This document shows positions 38,741 to 52,185 of a DNA stretch of 64,000 nucleotides, piece after piece. The position numbers were made by a program, and so were the translations under genes. The stretch comes from Octopus bimaculoides (taxonomy: Eukaryota): contig NC_069001.1 in NCBI RefSeq assembly GCF_001194135.2, forward strand, positions 34,439,053 to 34,503,052. Direction: 5' to 3'. Numbering within the stretch: position 1 is the stretch's first letter; each line of letters starts with the position of its first letter. The notes under the pieces are model-generated. The model was not told the DNA's origin. It ran no database searches and worked only from the letters and a program-made list of their open reading frames with translations.

Positions 38741-40137
38741 CCAAATACCTTGTTGAACCAAGTTCTTCTCCATTTAATATTTTCGAAATTATTGAAAAAT
38801 AGGAATAAAAAAATAAATAAATACAATTAAAATTTTTAAAATTACTGCAACATTATCTGAAATTATTACTGAAATAAAACTGCACTGGAATCCTATTCTT
38901 AAAAATTGAACATAATTAAGAAATATAAAATATGAAATATCGAAAACAAAAAAAGGATTGCTTAAAATTATAATATAATCTCAATATCTTAGTCAAATTA
39001 TCTTTTCATCTTAATTTTCATCATTCAGAGAGAATATGAGATAATCCTCAGTCCAAATATTATCACAGCATAAACCCTCAATGTCTGAATTACAATCCTC
39101 ATTAACTATACTCGCGGTTAGAGTTCTGATCTTATTGCTGTCCAAAAATCTTGGTGCTTTAAGCTTCCTCTCAGCCTGTGTCTTCTTCACTGACAAAATT
39201 ATGACTCAAGCTTTTGGTAAAAGAAGATTATTAATTTGAATAAATTTTTTTGAAGATCGTGTGCCATAGAATAATTTTCTGAATTTAAAAAGTCTGGACA
39301 TTTAAGATAATTAGGGGCATATTAAAACATAACCATATCCATGATCAGGATATGAAATTATTTAATCTCACTTGATGAAACTGGGCTTTGGTTGGCCTGA
39401 GGCTATAGTAGAAGACACTTGCCCAAGGTGCCACGCAGTAGGACTGAACCTGAAACCATGTCATTGAAAAGCAAATTTCTTACCACACAGCCATGCCATA
39501 AATAGATTCAAGGATGTGCATATAAACACACATCTCAAAACATCTTTACTTTGATTTCTCTCTGCTCAATCAATTATCTTAAACATGGATTTGTAAGAAA
39601 TCTGCAAAAATCTTAACATGGGTTTACGTATATATTATATATATATATACATCTGCTTGAACTGGAAGTTGATGAGCTAACTGAAAGCAGCAAGCATAAA
39701 TTTAATTCATAAACACTCTTTCCGATCACAACACAGAAACATATTTTAAGCAAAGAAGAAATCCACCTCTATTTGCTGCGGAAGCCAGAAGGGGATTTTA
39801 GAAGATGTTAAATGCATACCGTTTACAGAAATATCTGTAAATTTATTAATCAAAGCCTGAAACAACATGTTGGGAATTAAGCAGAGGGATTAAAGGGACT
39901 TTCAGTTTGGTTCTGCATTAGCATCAAACTTCCATTTCTGATGTTATAGGTGTTGTTTTTTGCCCCTATTTTTAACATTTTATTTATTGTATTGTATATA
40001 TAGGTTTTTTTGTTTCCTGCTTTTTGGGTTTTGGTAAACTACAAATATGGGAGGCTTACAGTTGATTTCTTCAGTAAAGAGAAACATAAATGGTTTGCCT
40101 GTGTATTTCAATGTGTGCATTTTCATCTATGTGTGTG

Positions 40138-40200
<63 letters not shown>

Positions 40201-40311
40201 TTATGTATGTGTGTGTGTATATACACACACACACACATCCATGGAACTTTTTCTTTCTCTCTCCCTCTCTGTATGTAGACTTATATGTCTGTCTATTTAT
40301 GTATATTTATA

Positions 40312-40371
<60 letters not shown>

Positions 40372-41322
40372 GCAAGTCTATACAAATATATACATATATC
40401 AATATGTATAGATGATTAAAGATATTCTGAGAGAGAGAGGGAGAGAGTGAGAATGAGAGAGGAATGAAATAGAGTAGAAGGAGTAATAATGTCAATAAAA
40501 GTTAAAAAGAAATTGGTAAACAGTAAATGTTATCGGAACATAAATTTTCATCCCCAAAATTGCCTGCAGCACTCAGCAAAAATCTCTCTGAATTAAAAAT
40601 CTTCAAACTTCCACAAGACTTCCACAAGATTCTAAAACAAATTTCAGATTTTAACATCGTACTATGTTCCATTTGAAAATATGTGTTATGGGTAGCTTTG
40701 TCTCTGTTACGTTTTATCTTAAGATTTTCTACATTGATTTTGTAATAAGAAATATCACAAGAAGGTGGAATAAGCAAGTTTGATAAAACATGTTAAAAAT
40801 CTTCCTGATAACCGATGAGTTAATTTAGTTGGGGAGACTGGCTACTGATAGGAAGAATATGTGACTTGCAACTTGCTCTAATGAAAGTGGGATCTTATTA
40901 TTTCATTGAATACACACACACATATACCTAGGTAGATTGAATGAGAGATAAATAAAAGGGATAATTAATTTGGGCAAAATACTTGTTAAGTTCTCTGCTA
41001 ATACACGTACAAAAGACTAACAAAAGGTTTTTTTAATTGGTATAGAAATCCAGGTAATACTAAGGTGAGATCTGAAGTCGAAGTCCATCAACAATTATGA
41101 TAACCATTTTTTAACACAACAAAGCTTATACAAAGCCTTACATTTTACTTCTGATTATCTTTTTTTTTAAAAAGTGAAACAGGTCAAGTCAATAAACATC
41201 TTTAAAAGACCTCTGCATTTTCAAAGCCTCTTTCCTATATATCTTCACTTGTGCGGCACCCTGCAAGTTTACTTTGTTACACACACACACACATATATAA
41301 CAAAGTATACATATACATATGC

Positions 41323-41361
<39 letters not shown>

Positions 41362-41435
41362 ATGTATATATATATATATATAATGTATATATATATATAT
41401 ATATATATAATGTATGTATATATATATATATAATG

Positions 41436-41477
<42 letters not shown>

Positions 41478-41814
41478 CATCCACCCACACACACATATTT
41501 AAAGATGCATATATGTACATACATATGTGTATGTGCATATATGATATAAACATATACACATGCTCACACACACACAAACACACACATGCATATTGACACT
41601 CATATATGCACTTCTAATACATACCTATGCACTTTACTTTCCACTTACATCCACATCCTCCAGTGTACCCTGTCACACACACACATACACACCTGTAGTT
41701 CAGTTTCTTAGTTTCTTTTTTAATTTTCTCCTTTTTATTTCTGTTTTGTTTTGTTTTTCTCTCCCCCCCCTTTTTTTTTTCCATTGATGTCATATTAAAT
41801 GCAAACTTTGTTAC

Positions 41815-41877
41815 CTGCCAGCATCAGCTATTCTAAAGGGGAAAATAAACCTTATTGTTGGCAGCACATTTTTAGTA
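41815..41877 (-). CDS. Candidate 63-nt symmetric exon (TKNVLPTIRFIFPFRIADAG)
   Basis: Long (CT)-rich tract ending cccag, donor CAG|GTAACA, phase 2 to 2, one open frame. Confidence 0.3.
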
Positions 41878-42808
41878 CTGGGTTGAGAAAGAGAAAGAGG
41901 GAGAGAGAGGGAGAATGCAATAGCAGCAGATCAAAGTCCACCAATGGCATCAAAGAGGATATTTTGTGCTGTCTTAGTCACACAGGCAACCTTGCTGTAA
42001 TAGCATACGATGGTCATAAGTGGAGTCAGTCAGTCACATTCACTATTGACATCAAAAGACTACCATTCCCATTTTCACTTGAGTACACACCATTCATACA
42101 TATATTCATTTATTTATTTTCATCCGAAATTCTTATTTTATTTTATTTATATTTCATTTATATTTTATTTATATCTAGTTTTCATTTTTGTTTTCCTCCA
42201 ACCAACTTTGCATTCACTATTACTTTTTACCTCTGTTTCTATTTTGCATCCGAAAAAAAAGCCAGTAGCAAGCTGTTTGTGATTATTTCTGTACATTTAT
42301 CTTACATCAAGCATCGTGATTATTATATGTGAAAGAGAACTTCTACTTGATGGGTTCAGTCAGGCTTGTACAGTTTATACTATGATTTATTAATTATAAA
42401 AAACAAAAAAATGAAAAAAACAACCCAAAGCTATTTTCTGAACTAACTGTTTCTGTCAAACCTTCCTTTTGGCAAAAAGACTATCTCAGTAGAATTTTTC
42501 TTGTTTTGTTAAAATAAAAGCAATTTTCTTTTGATTTTATCAGTAAGAGAAAATACAAAAATATTTAAGATTCAATTTCATAATTACAATAATAATTCTT
42601 TTCCAATTTTGGCACAAGGCTGGCAAGGGAAGAATCTTGATTACAACAACTTCAGTACTTGGTACTTTATTTCATTAACCCTGCTCCACAGAGGACGAAA
42701 GACAAAGCTGATCCTGGTATGATTTGAACTTGGAATGTTAAGAGACAGATGAAATGCCATGAAGCATTTTGCTTGATTTGCCAACAATCTTGTCAGCTTG
42801 ACACCTTG

Positions 42809-42860
<52 letters not shown>

Positions 42861-43085
42861 TAACAATAATGATCCTTTCTACTCAAGGTACAAAGCCCGA
42901 AAGATGGAGGAGGGGTGATACAATTGGTTTTACAATGTGTAAACAATATAAATAATGATTAAAAATTAAACAATTTAAAACTCTCAATAGGGGAAGCACT
43001 TTAAGGACCTTGTGGAAAAATCCACAAAAGCCACGGGTGTCTCAACAACAACAATAATAATAATAATGATAATAATAATAATAAT

Positions 43086-43289
43086 CCTTTCTACTCTAGG
43101 CACAAGGCCCTAAATTTTGGGGAGGAGGGCAGTCAATTAGATCGACCTCAGTACGCAAATGGTACTTAATTTATCAACCCCGAGAGGATGAAAGGCAAAG
43201 TCGACCTCGGCGGAATTTGAACTCAGAACAGACGAAATACTGCTAACCATTTCGCCCAGCGTGCTAATGATTCTGCCAGCTTGCCACCC

Positions 43290-43290
<1 letters not shown>
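43086..43290 (-). mobile_element. SINE family B, full length, embedded in (AAT)n
   Basis: Core GGTCGACTTTGCCTTTCATCCT..GGGGT.GATAAATTAAGTACC (reverse complement), tRNA-like head, (AAT)n on both sides. Confidence 0.85.
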
Positions 43291-43345
<55 letters not shown>

Positions 43346-43744
43346 NNNNNNNNNNNNNNNNNNNNNNNNNNNNNNNNNNNNNNNNNNNNNNNNNNNNNNN
43401 NNNNNNNNNNNNNNNNNNNNNNNNNNNNNNNNNNNNNNNNNNNNNNNNNNNNNNNNNNNNNNNNNNNNNNNNNNNNNNNNNNNNNNNNNNNNNNNNNNNN
43501 NNNNNNNNNNNNNNNNNNNNNNNNNNNNNNNNNNNNNNNNNNNNNNNNNNNNNNNNNNNNNNNNNNNNNNNNNNNNNNNNNNNNNNNNNNNNNNNNNNNN
43601 NNNNNNNNNNNNNNNNNNNNNNNNNNNNNNNNNNNNNNNNNNNNNNNNNNNNGGTGGTGGTGGATTTGCATTAAAAGGAGATCTGATAGGATCTACAATT
43701 AATAACTTGGGGACCAACGTATATTGTTTGTATATCTGAGGTGG

Positions 43745-44167
43745 GGAGATGATGATGATGATGATGATATCTTAATGAAGTGTCATGCTGATGATGATGA
43801 TATCTTAATAAAGTGTCATGGGGAGGAGGAGGAGGAGGAGGAAGAAGAGTAGATGGTGGTGGTGATGGTGGCTGGAAAAAAAGTAGGATGGGGAAAAGGA
43901 GAGAAATATGGCTGAGAGAAAGTGGAGGAGGAGAAAGGGTGTAGGAGTGGGGGGTGGAGTGGGATGGTGGGGGTGGTAGTGGTGGTGGTGGTGACAGTGG
44001 TGGTAGTGATGGTAGTGGTGGCAGTAATGATGGTGGTGATAGGTGAAGGAGGAGAAAAGGTGGTGGTGATGGTGGTGGTAGAAGATGGAGATGTGGAGAA
44101 GATGACGGGGAGAAAAAAAGAGGGAGGCAGTAGATGATGATGATGATGATGATGACAATACTGATGA

Positions 44168-44200
<33 letters not shown>
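43745..44200 (+). repeat. (GAT)n/(GGA)n/(GGT)n/(GA)n low-complexity tract with a 33-bp duplication at about 43755-43820
   Basis: Direct inspection. Confidence 0.85.
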
Positions 44201-44204
<4 letters not shown>

Positions 44205-44479
44205 GAGTATAACAACGAAAATAATTGAACTGCTCTTCTTGTTTGTGGATAAAAAAAGGAAAATTATCTCTTTTGGAATCATGCAGAGTATTTACATAAC
44301 ATGGAATTCGGTAATCACATTAATATTATGTGCGTTCTTTATGTTTTAATTTTTCTTACATTGAGGTGAGATTGTCTGTATATTGTCTATTGTTTTAATC
44401 TATTTATAGTGAAGTTAAATCTGGCCAGGATTAGCTAAGGCTTAAGAACTAAGTCTATTAACATCTCATGCATTTGCAA

Positions 44480-44665
44480 AAGGTGTTAGAAATGGGACAC
44501 TGAGATCCTACAAGGGTCAGAATGAAGGAACATTAAATGAGACCTTAATGAGAAGAGAAACATCTAAGTCAGGAATAGGTGAACATAAATGGGGTTGTGA
44601 GAAAACCATGATGTGGAGGTGAGGAATGGAATTAACCATAATTGATGGAGAAGCACATTGGAATA
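44480..44665 (+). mobile_element. Decayed Penelope-like GIY-YIG endonuclease fragment
   Basis: Reads RSYKGQNEGTLNETLMRRETSKSGIGEHKWGCEKTMMW...TIIDGEAHWN, resembling PLE YIGQT.R.L..R...S.I.EH.....W....IID.E..W. Confidence 0.6.
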
Positions 44666-44916
44666 TTCAACAACTGCCAGTCTGTTGGTTATGACAATAA
44701 GGGTTCCAGTTGATCCAATCAACGGAACAGCCTGTTCGTGAAATTAACGTGGAAGTGGCTGAGCACTCCATGGACATGTGTACCCGTAATGTAGTTCATA
44801 GGGAGATTCAGCATGAGTAGACTGGGGCAAAGTGAAATAAAATTTCTTGCTCAAGAACACAATGTGCTGCATAGACACATCTACCCTTAATGTACCCTTA
44901 ATGTAGTTCTCAGGGA

Positions 44917-45125
44917 AAGGTGGTGAGCTGACAGAAACGTTAGGATGCCGGGTGAAATGCTTAGGGGTCTATCTTTACATTCTGAGTTCAAATTACACTG
45001 AGGTTGACTTTGCCTTTCATCCTTCTGGGGTCGATAAATTAGGTACCTGTTGCATACTGGGGTCGATCTAATCGACTGGCCCCCCTCCCCCAAAATTTCA
45101 GTCCTTGTGCCTAGAGTAGAAAAGA
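44917..45125 (+). mobile_element. SINE family B, full length
   Basis: AGGTGGTGAGCTGACAGAAACGTTAG...GTTCAAATT...GACTTTGCCTTTCATCCTTCTGGGGTCGATAAATTAGGTACC. Confidence 0.85.
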
Positions 45126-45653
45126 ATGTAGTTTTCAGGGAAGTTCAGGATGATACAGAATGTGACACAGCTCACCCTTTGAATTACAGGTCCCACTCAT
45201 TTTTGTCAGATGAGTGGAATGGAGCAACGTGAAATAAAATGTCTTGCTTGAGGACACAATATGCCAATAGTAATCGAACTCACAATCTTATGATCCTGAG
45301 CTAAGTACTCTAACCGCTTAGCCATATACCTTCACAATGGGATCTTTGAGGAAGTAATGAAGCAATACTGCACAATGCTTCAAATAACATATTTCTCCAA
45401 CTCATGCCGACATAGTAAAACTGATATAAAAAACATGTAAAACACACACACACAATGGCTGCTACACAATTTCTCTTAAAAGCTGCATGAATGTAGCTTA
45501 TTAGTCCTGATAAGAACCTACATGTTTTTGCACAGAAGTAGGGAAACAATAGGTGCCTCTTGCAGCAGGTTTTAACTGAGCTGATACCCCATGCTGCCAC
45601 CACCTTTATCCTCCAATGGAAATTTTCATTCTGCGTTTTGCTTTTTTTCCCAG

Positions 45654-45720
45654 TTATGGCCATCTGTAATGTGCAACGCATAACAGAGATGTCGAAGATC
45701 AAGTGCGCATGGGAATTTGT
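45654..45720 (+). CDS. Candidate exon (MAICNVQRITEMSKIKCAWEFV)
   Basis: Acceptor gttttgctttttttcccag, donor GT|GTGAGT, phase 1 to 2. Overlaps the - strand ORF 45310-45750, so strand is ambiguous. Confidence 0.25.
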
Positions 45721-45878
45721 GTGAGTGCACAGTTTGGTACAGAAGTGCAAAACTTTGATTTAAAAATACACGAAATTTTCCAGCCTTTGTTTTGATACAC
45801 ACACACACATATATGCACACACACACATATATATGCACACACACACATACATACACACACATACACACATACATACAA

Positions 45879-45927
<49 letters not shown>

Positions 45928-45997
45928 NNNNNNNNNNNNNNNNNNNNNNNNNNNNNNNNNNNNNNNNNNNNNNNNNNNNNNNNNNNNNNNNNNNNNN

Positions 45998-46057
<60 letters not shown>

Positions 46058-46173
46058 TGCATGATGGTGAACATAATTTATACTATCTATTGAAATAGAT
46101 CAACGGATGTCATCTTTAAACAAAAAGTTCCTCTGATTTCAGGATCTCTTTCAAAAATAATCAGCAGCAAACT

Positions 46174-46212
<39 letters not shown>

Positions 46213-46666
46213 CGATAAAAACATTTTCTACAAAAGAGGAAAAAATAACATTTTGTACACGTTTCATATTTCTTTCCTTTTTTATTTTGTAAATTTTCAT
46301 TTTATATTTAAAACCACACATTTTGTTTTTTGTTTTATGACTTCAGAATTTTGTATAGTTTGTGTATTTCATTCTAGATTTTCTATTCAATATAGAATAA
46401 ATGCCGATCAAGAGACAGACAGTTAACCATAAATCTACTCATGCATACCCATAAATTTGCATATATGTCGGCAAGGACACATATGTATCTGGCAGCAGAG
46501 CGATATAAAGGGGATAAAAATATTCTTTGTCTTTTATCCTCTGTACTACACACTTACTTTTGGCTTCCATTGCTGTCTCTCTTTATTTGACGTATTTCTG
46601 CTTTCTGTCCCCTCTTTTACCCTTTTCCAACGAATTGCAGTGCATCTAAGGACTAAATACAAGTAG

Positions 46667-46696
<30 letters not shown>

Positions 46697-46707
<11 letters not shown>

Positions 46708-47020
46708 TAGTATTATTGAGTGAGAGAGCAGTGCATGCCATCAAAGTGACACTGGGGTAAAATACATAAAGCCCAGTATACCCATCATGACTACCTGTCT
46801 GATAAGGGTACACCAGGCACATGCATCACAACCATATATGCACGACATGGTGATCTCATATCAATATAAACAGCACATGAACTTGCAGGTGGGACCCAGT
46901 TAGAATTTTCTTTGCGTCAAGTAGTCCATCCCACTCAAATGGCCCTTGAATAAGGGTTGTTTAAGGATGTTGAACAAAACACCCATGTTTCCAGAGGTGA
47001 ATTATCCACACTCAAAAGAA
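46697..47020 (-). mobile_element. Retroelement 3' end with (AAT)n tail, family unassigned
   Basis: Reverse complement ends ...CCCCAGTGTCACTTTGATGGCATGCACTGCTCTCTCACTC(AAT)n; single copy in this window. Confidence 0.5.
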
Positions 47021-48066
47021 GTCGTTATTTTAATTTTTGATATTAGAATTATAAAAATGAATAAATCTTGAAGAGACAATGATGGGGCTGGTGTGGTGGT
47101 GGTGGTGGTGGTGGTGGTGGTGGCAAAGACAATGACGATAAAGGTGACGTGGACTGTAGGAAGGATGAAGCTATTTTCTAATTCACAATTATCTGGTTTT
47201 GTGGTAAATAGAGTTTTAATTGGTTAATGCATGTGCTCTCCACTTCAAATTAACCCTTTCCCCTTCCTGATCTCCTTCTCCTCCTCTTTACATTACCATA
47301 TTACCCTCAAGTATGTTCTTCTTCACCATATTATGTAATCTGCATTGTCATTTTGTTGTAGCGATGCTCCTCAGGAAAATGCTAAGTGCGGAAGCTTCTC
47401 TTTTTCCTCTTTAGTTTATTTTTGTGTCACCATCAAATACAGATTATCAGTTAAACTAATAGGGGAACCTGAGGCTTTACATGCTCATCTTATCTACTAG
47501 AAATAGCAGCAAAAATTCACTCAAAGCATACCTTATGATCTTTAAACCAAAGAAAAAAGAATGACACATTAGATAATATATTATAAGATGCAGAAATTGT
47601 TCCTGCAAAAGAAAATATTTCTTAAAATAAAATAGAAGAAATTTCTTATTTGTATATTTGCGATAAATTTATGTTATCAATAACATTAATAGTGTATAAC
47701 TATTGTTGTAAAGTAGGTTTCCGCCACTAGTGTGACGTGTGACTGCTGTCGTACTGTAGTTGCTGTTTTACGCTAGTAGCCACAATAGTTACTAGTCATC
47801 AGATACTGTTGTATCTCTTCATACTGAAATAGTCATACACCAACTTCTGACTTACTATTGCTGATAGCTCACAAGGCCTGAAATGTGGGGAAAGGAACTA
47901 GTTGATTACATCGACCCCAGTGCTCAACGGGTACTTATTTCATTGATCCTAAAAGGATGAAAGGCAAAGTCAAACTTGACAGAATTTGATCCCAGAGCAT
48001 AAAGGCAGCCAAAAATGCTGCTAAATATTTTGTCTGTCAAGCTAATGATTCCACTAGCTCATCGCC

Positions 48067-48098
<32 letters not shown>

Positions 48099-48549
48099 TT
48101 CTTCAGTTGGTTACAAAGGCCCAAAATACTAGGGACTACATTTGAAATATGAAAAGCAACACCACAATAATAACGATGATGTTTTAACAACAACAATAAT
48201 GTTTTAATAATTATAATAATAACTATAATTAACTGATATATATATATCTTTTATTTATTTCTTTTCATTTACACTTTGTTTTTTGAAATGTTAATTTGTC
48301 CAAGTGCAACATTAAAGAGATAGAAAAGATAAACAGAGAGAGAGAGAGAGAGAAAGAAAACGTTGCTCACCTATCGTTCGGTTTATTCAAATTTATGGAG
48401 ATTGCGATAAAAGGGAAGCAATGGTTTATTTCAGGCAGGTCAGTGCCTTGTACCCTTTCTCACTAACCTGATGTTGGCATCATCAGTGGGATCACTAAAA
48501 GGTTTTGTGTACTATAGTAGTTTGATGCGAGAGTCTGCAAACTGAAGAT

Positions 48550-49196
48550 TTGTGTGGATGGTTGTATCTCTGTCTGTCTATGTATCTGTGTGTGTGTATG
48601 TATGTATGTATATATGTATGTATGTTTGTTTGTATGTGTGTATGTTTGCATATATGTAGGTATGTATTCACATGAGTATGTATCTATATGTATGTGCATG
48701 TGCCCAAATGTATGTTTACATGTATGTATTTATATATGCATGCGTGTATGTATGTATGTATGTATGTATGTATGTATGTGTGTGTGTGCATGTATGCATG
48801 AATTTGTTTAAATGTATATGTATGAGTGTATGTTTGGATACATATAACTGTATGTGTGTTTATGTATTTGTTTAAGTGTGTATTTGTAGGGTGTATGTAT
48901 ATAAATGTACATATGAATGTGTATGAATGTATATGAGTGCTTGTAAATATGTGTGTGTGTGTTTGTATTTGTGTATTTATGCATGTATATGTGCATATGT
49001 TTGTGTGTGTGTGTATGCCTGTCTGTCAACCTTTCCATCCTCTCAATACCCATGCATGCATACAAACATGTTTACATGTACATATGTAGGCATACATGTA
49101 TGCATGATGTAGACATGTATGTGCATGGTTTTCTGCCTGCCAGCTTCCCTGTCAACCTGGCTCTGTACTTTGTCTTCATTGATTTATATATATGCT

Positions 49197-49269
<73 letters not shown>

Positions 49270-49468
49270 CAACCATCTGACATGTGTGGACATGTATGTA
49301 TGTATGTATGTATGTATCTCTCTGTATATTTATTATATATATACACACACACACACATGTATATTTATTTATACACACATATTTATGTATTCATACATAA
49401 ATGTGTATTCATGTACATATATATATATATATATATATGCATCCACACACACACACACATGCACATTC

Positions 49469-49501
<33 letters not shown>

Positions 49502-49660
49502 AGAGTGTGTTTGTGTGTTTATATATTTATATGTATTTGTGTGTGCACATATGTGTGTGTGAGTGTTAACAATCTCTTACTTTTTACAAATATACATATA
49601 TATATGTACATACATACACACATGCCCATACACACATACATACATATTCACAGACACGCA
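48550..49660. repeat. Compound alternating purine-pyrimidine microsatellite field, (TG)/(TA)/(TATG)/(CA)
   Basis: Direct inspection. Similar fields at 3190-3650, 4400-4870, 6230-6500, 10310-11000, 19140-19410, 32270-32760 and 41280-41600. Confidence 0.9.
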
Positions 49661-50247
49661 CCACATACAAGCAGTAATAATGTTTATATACTTATATACA
49701 TTTAGAAATATTAGACAAGAACAAGCTTATTTCTGTATTTCTCCTGCTAAGCTTAAACAGCATCTCTTGGTATTTTAGATAAATAAAAGCAAGACATCAG
49801 ATTTGATGAGACATACACTAGCTGTCAGTCAGTGTTGCTTCGTCTTTGCTTTCCTTGCAAACAAACTTTAACTCAATCACGTGATTAGCCATTTTTTACT
49901 CTCAAGAACACTTGTCAGAACACATACTCTCTGCCCTAAACAGGAAACCAGCTGGACTTCTGTCATGACAAATTTCAAATATATGGTTTTATTTGAAAAT
50001 TCATTTCATTTTTGTTTATTTTATTTTATTTTTATATTATTTTGACTGTTTTTTTTTTTTTTTTGACAAGGGTTAACTCCTACAGCATCCATCACTCAGA
50101 AATAAGTTATTAATGGACAGAATCTTGTTTCTTTTTTTTTTTTTTCTGGTTTATTCTATTTTTATTTTTTGTTATTGTTGTTGTTTGAGTTGTGGTTTTT
50201 AAGTGTTAAGTAAATCACAGACTAAATTTAGAAATGACCTCTTCCAG

Positions 50248-50336
50248 TTGGCTGTCATGCCTTTCGATGTATTTTGGAATTGGTGAAGGAAGAATCGACA
50301 TATAAAATTAGTTCTATTTTGGCAGCTACATCCATA
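50248..50336 (+). CDS. Candidate exon (GCHAFRCILELVKEESTYKISSILAATSI)
   Basis: Acceptor atgacctcttccag, donor ATA|GTCAGT, phase 1 to 0, compatible with 50758-50799. Confidence 0.25.
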
Positions 50337-50757
50337 GTCAGTACACACTGTTTTAATGAAGAATGGCAGGTCTAAATAGGTTAGAATTTTAGAAAATTAA
50401 CAAGGTGTCAGAAGAAAGATGAGCATCATTTTGAATCATGAAAACAGAAGATTAAATGTTTTAATGCCTTTACTTTGAACCAATTATCTAGAAAACCAAT
50501 TTTTAAAAATATATTTTTTTATCTTCTCTTTAGAATTTCTTGTTCTGTTTTGCTATTTTCAAGTTTCTATGTAAAATTCTCTATTTTATGTTTTAAATTT
50601 CAGGAGAGTGAAAGAAAGAGAAAGAGATCCATTGAACCTGGTTTATGCTAATAGCTAGGGAAAATCTGTTGTTAATTCATTCCACTTTGGCCCCGTGATG
50701 CCGTTTTTGACTTTACTCCTTGTTTAAAAGATGTTTGCAGATTCTTTATTTGTTTAG

Positions 50758-50799
50758 AGTGAATTGGCATCCAGCAAGCATATGCTAATAAGGGATGAC
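50758..50799 (+). CDS. Candidate exon (SELASSKHMLIRDD)
   Basis: Acceptor ttctttatttgtttag, donor GAC|GTGAGT, phase 0 to 0. Confidence 0.2.
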
Positions 50800-52185
50800 G
50801 TGAGTGTCGAATCAATAGGATGCTGTTTGATAATAATGATAACATTGAAGGGGAACATAGTAAAGAATTCAAGACAGATTATGGTAATTCTTATTTAAAT
50901 ACAACTAAATATTATGCATACATGTTGTGTGCACATGTGTGCGTATATATCTTTATTTATATCTTTATTTATGTGTGTGTGTGTGTGTGTGTAATTTAAA
51001 ATACACAGGATTTAAATTCTAGCTACTATACATTTCATGTCTCTGATAATACAGTAGTTGAACAAGCTTGTATAGCATGCTGTGTATTGTTGGGCAATCA
51101 TTCAGGTTCAAAAATACTACGTAGCTTATTGTTCAGTTCGTCCGACTAATGTGTTATTAGAGGCATGTAACTTATTGTAGCTTGTATGTTAAATGCTGTG
51201 TATGCAATCGAAAAAAATGGCATTATTTATGGGATGACCCAATACTTAAGAGAAAAGATAGGAAAATTGAGCTTAAATGCATTTGGTAAAAGGTGTATGT
51301 GACCAAGGCTGACCTGGGGCTAAACAGCAACAACATTCACTGTTATTGGACATCTTCCTTGACTTCTGAGAGAATACGCCCCCCCCCCCACCTCATCTCA
51401 TGTGAAGTAAGATTCTTGTCATGAGTGATAAATTAGTTTGTCATCAATTAACCTCTGTTAAGTGGTTGCCATTTTGTGCTGTAAAAGAGCATGTAGTTAG
51501 CAGCAGCAGCAACAGCAGTATTCACTTCAAATTTCAAGTCAACAAACTTAGCAGTTTAGAGATCCTTTAGATTTCATACTTCACATAACACACNNNNNNN
51601 NNNNNNNNNNNNNNNNNNNNNNNNNNNNNNNNNNNNNNNNNNNNNNNNNNNNNNNNNNNNNNNNNNNNNNNNNNNNNNNNNNNNNNNNNNNNNNNNNNNN
51701 NNNNNNNNNNNNNNNNNNNNNNNNNNNNNNNNNNNNNNNNNNNNNNNNNNNNNNNNNNNNNNNNNNNNNNNNNNNNNNNNNNNNNNNNNNNNNNNNNNNN
51801 NNNNNNNNNNNNNNNNNNNNNNNNNNNNNNNNNNNNNNNNNNNNNNNNNNNNNNNNNNNNNNNNNNNNNNNNNNNNNNNNNNNNNNNNNNNNNNNNNNNN
51901 NNNNNNNNNNNNNNNNNNNNNNNNNNNNNNNNNNNNNNNNNNNNNNNNNNNNNNNNNNNNNNNNNNNNNNNNNNNNNNNNNNNNNNNNNNNNNNNNNNNN
52001 NNNNNNNNNNNNNNNNNNNNNNNNNNNNNNNNNNNNNNNNNNNNNNNNNNNNNNNNNNNNNNNNNNNNNNNNNNNNNNNNNNNNNNNNNNNNNNNNNNNN
52101 NNNNNNNNNNNNNNNNNNNNNNNNNNNNNNNNNNNNNNNNNNNNNNNNNNNNNNNNNNNNNNNNNNNNNNNNNNNNNNNNNNNNN

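Noticed and set aside
37576-40777. Protein-like - strand ORFs 37576-37797, 39011-39196 and 40502-40777
   Set aside because: They can be chained only through weak donors and each ends in its own stop; 60-90 codon ORFs are expected by chance in this much sequence. Left uncalled pending RNA data.
41978-42090. Cadherin-like strand NLAVIAYDGHKWSQSVTFTIDI in ORF 41799-42332
   Set aside because: Lacks the DxNDN, PxF and LDRE calcium-binding motifs, has weak splice sites, and there are no neighbouring cadherin repeats.
43671-44349. Poly-His/Pro/Ser/Val ORFs (also 13404-13954, 14710-14949, 30722-30964, 42641-42955)
   Set aside because: Trinucleotide and low-complexity repeats that are open on both strands; no splice or homology support.
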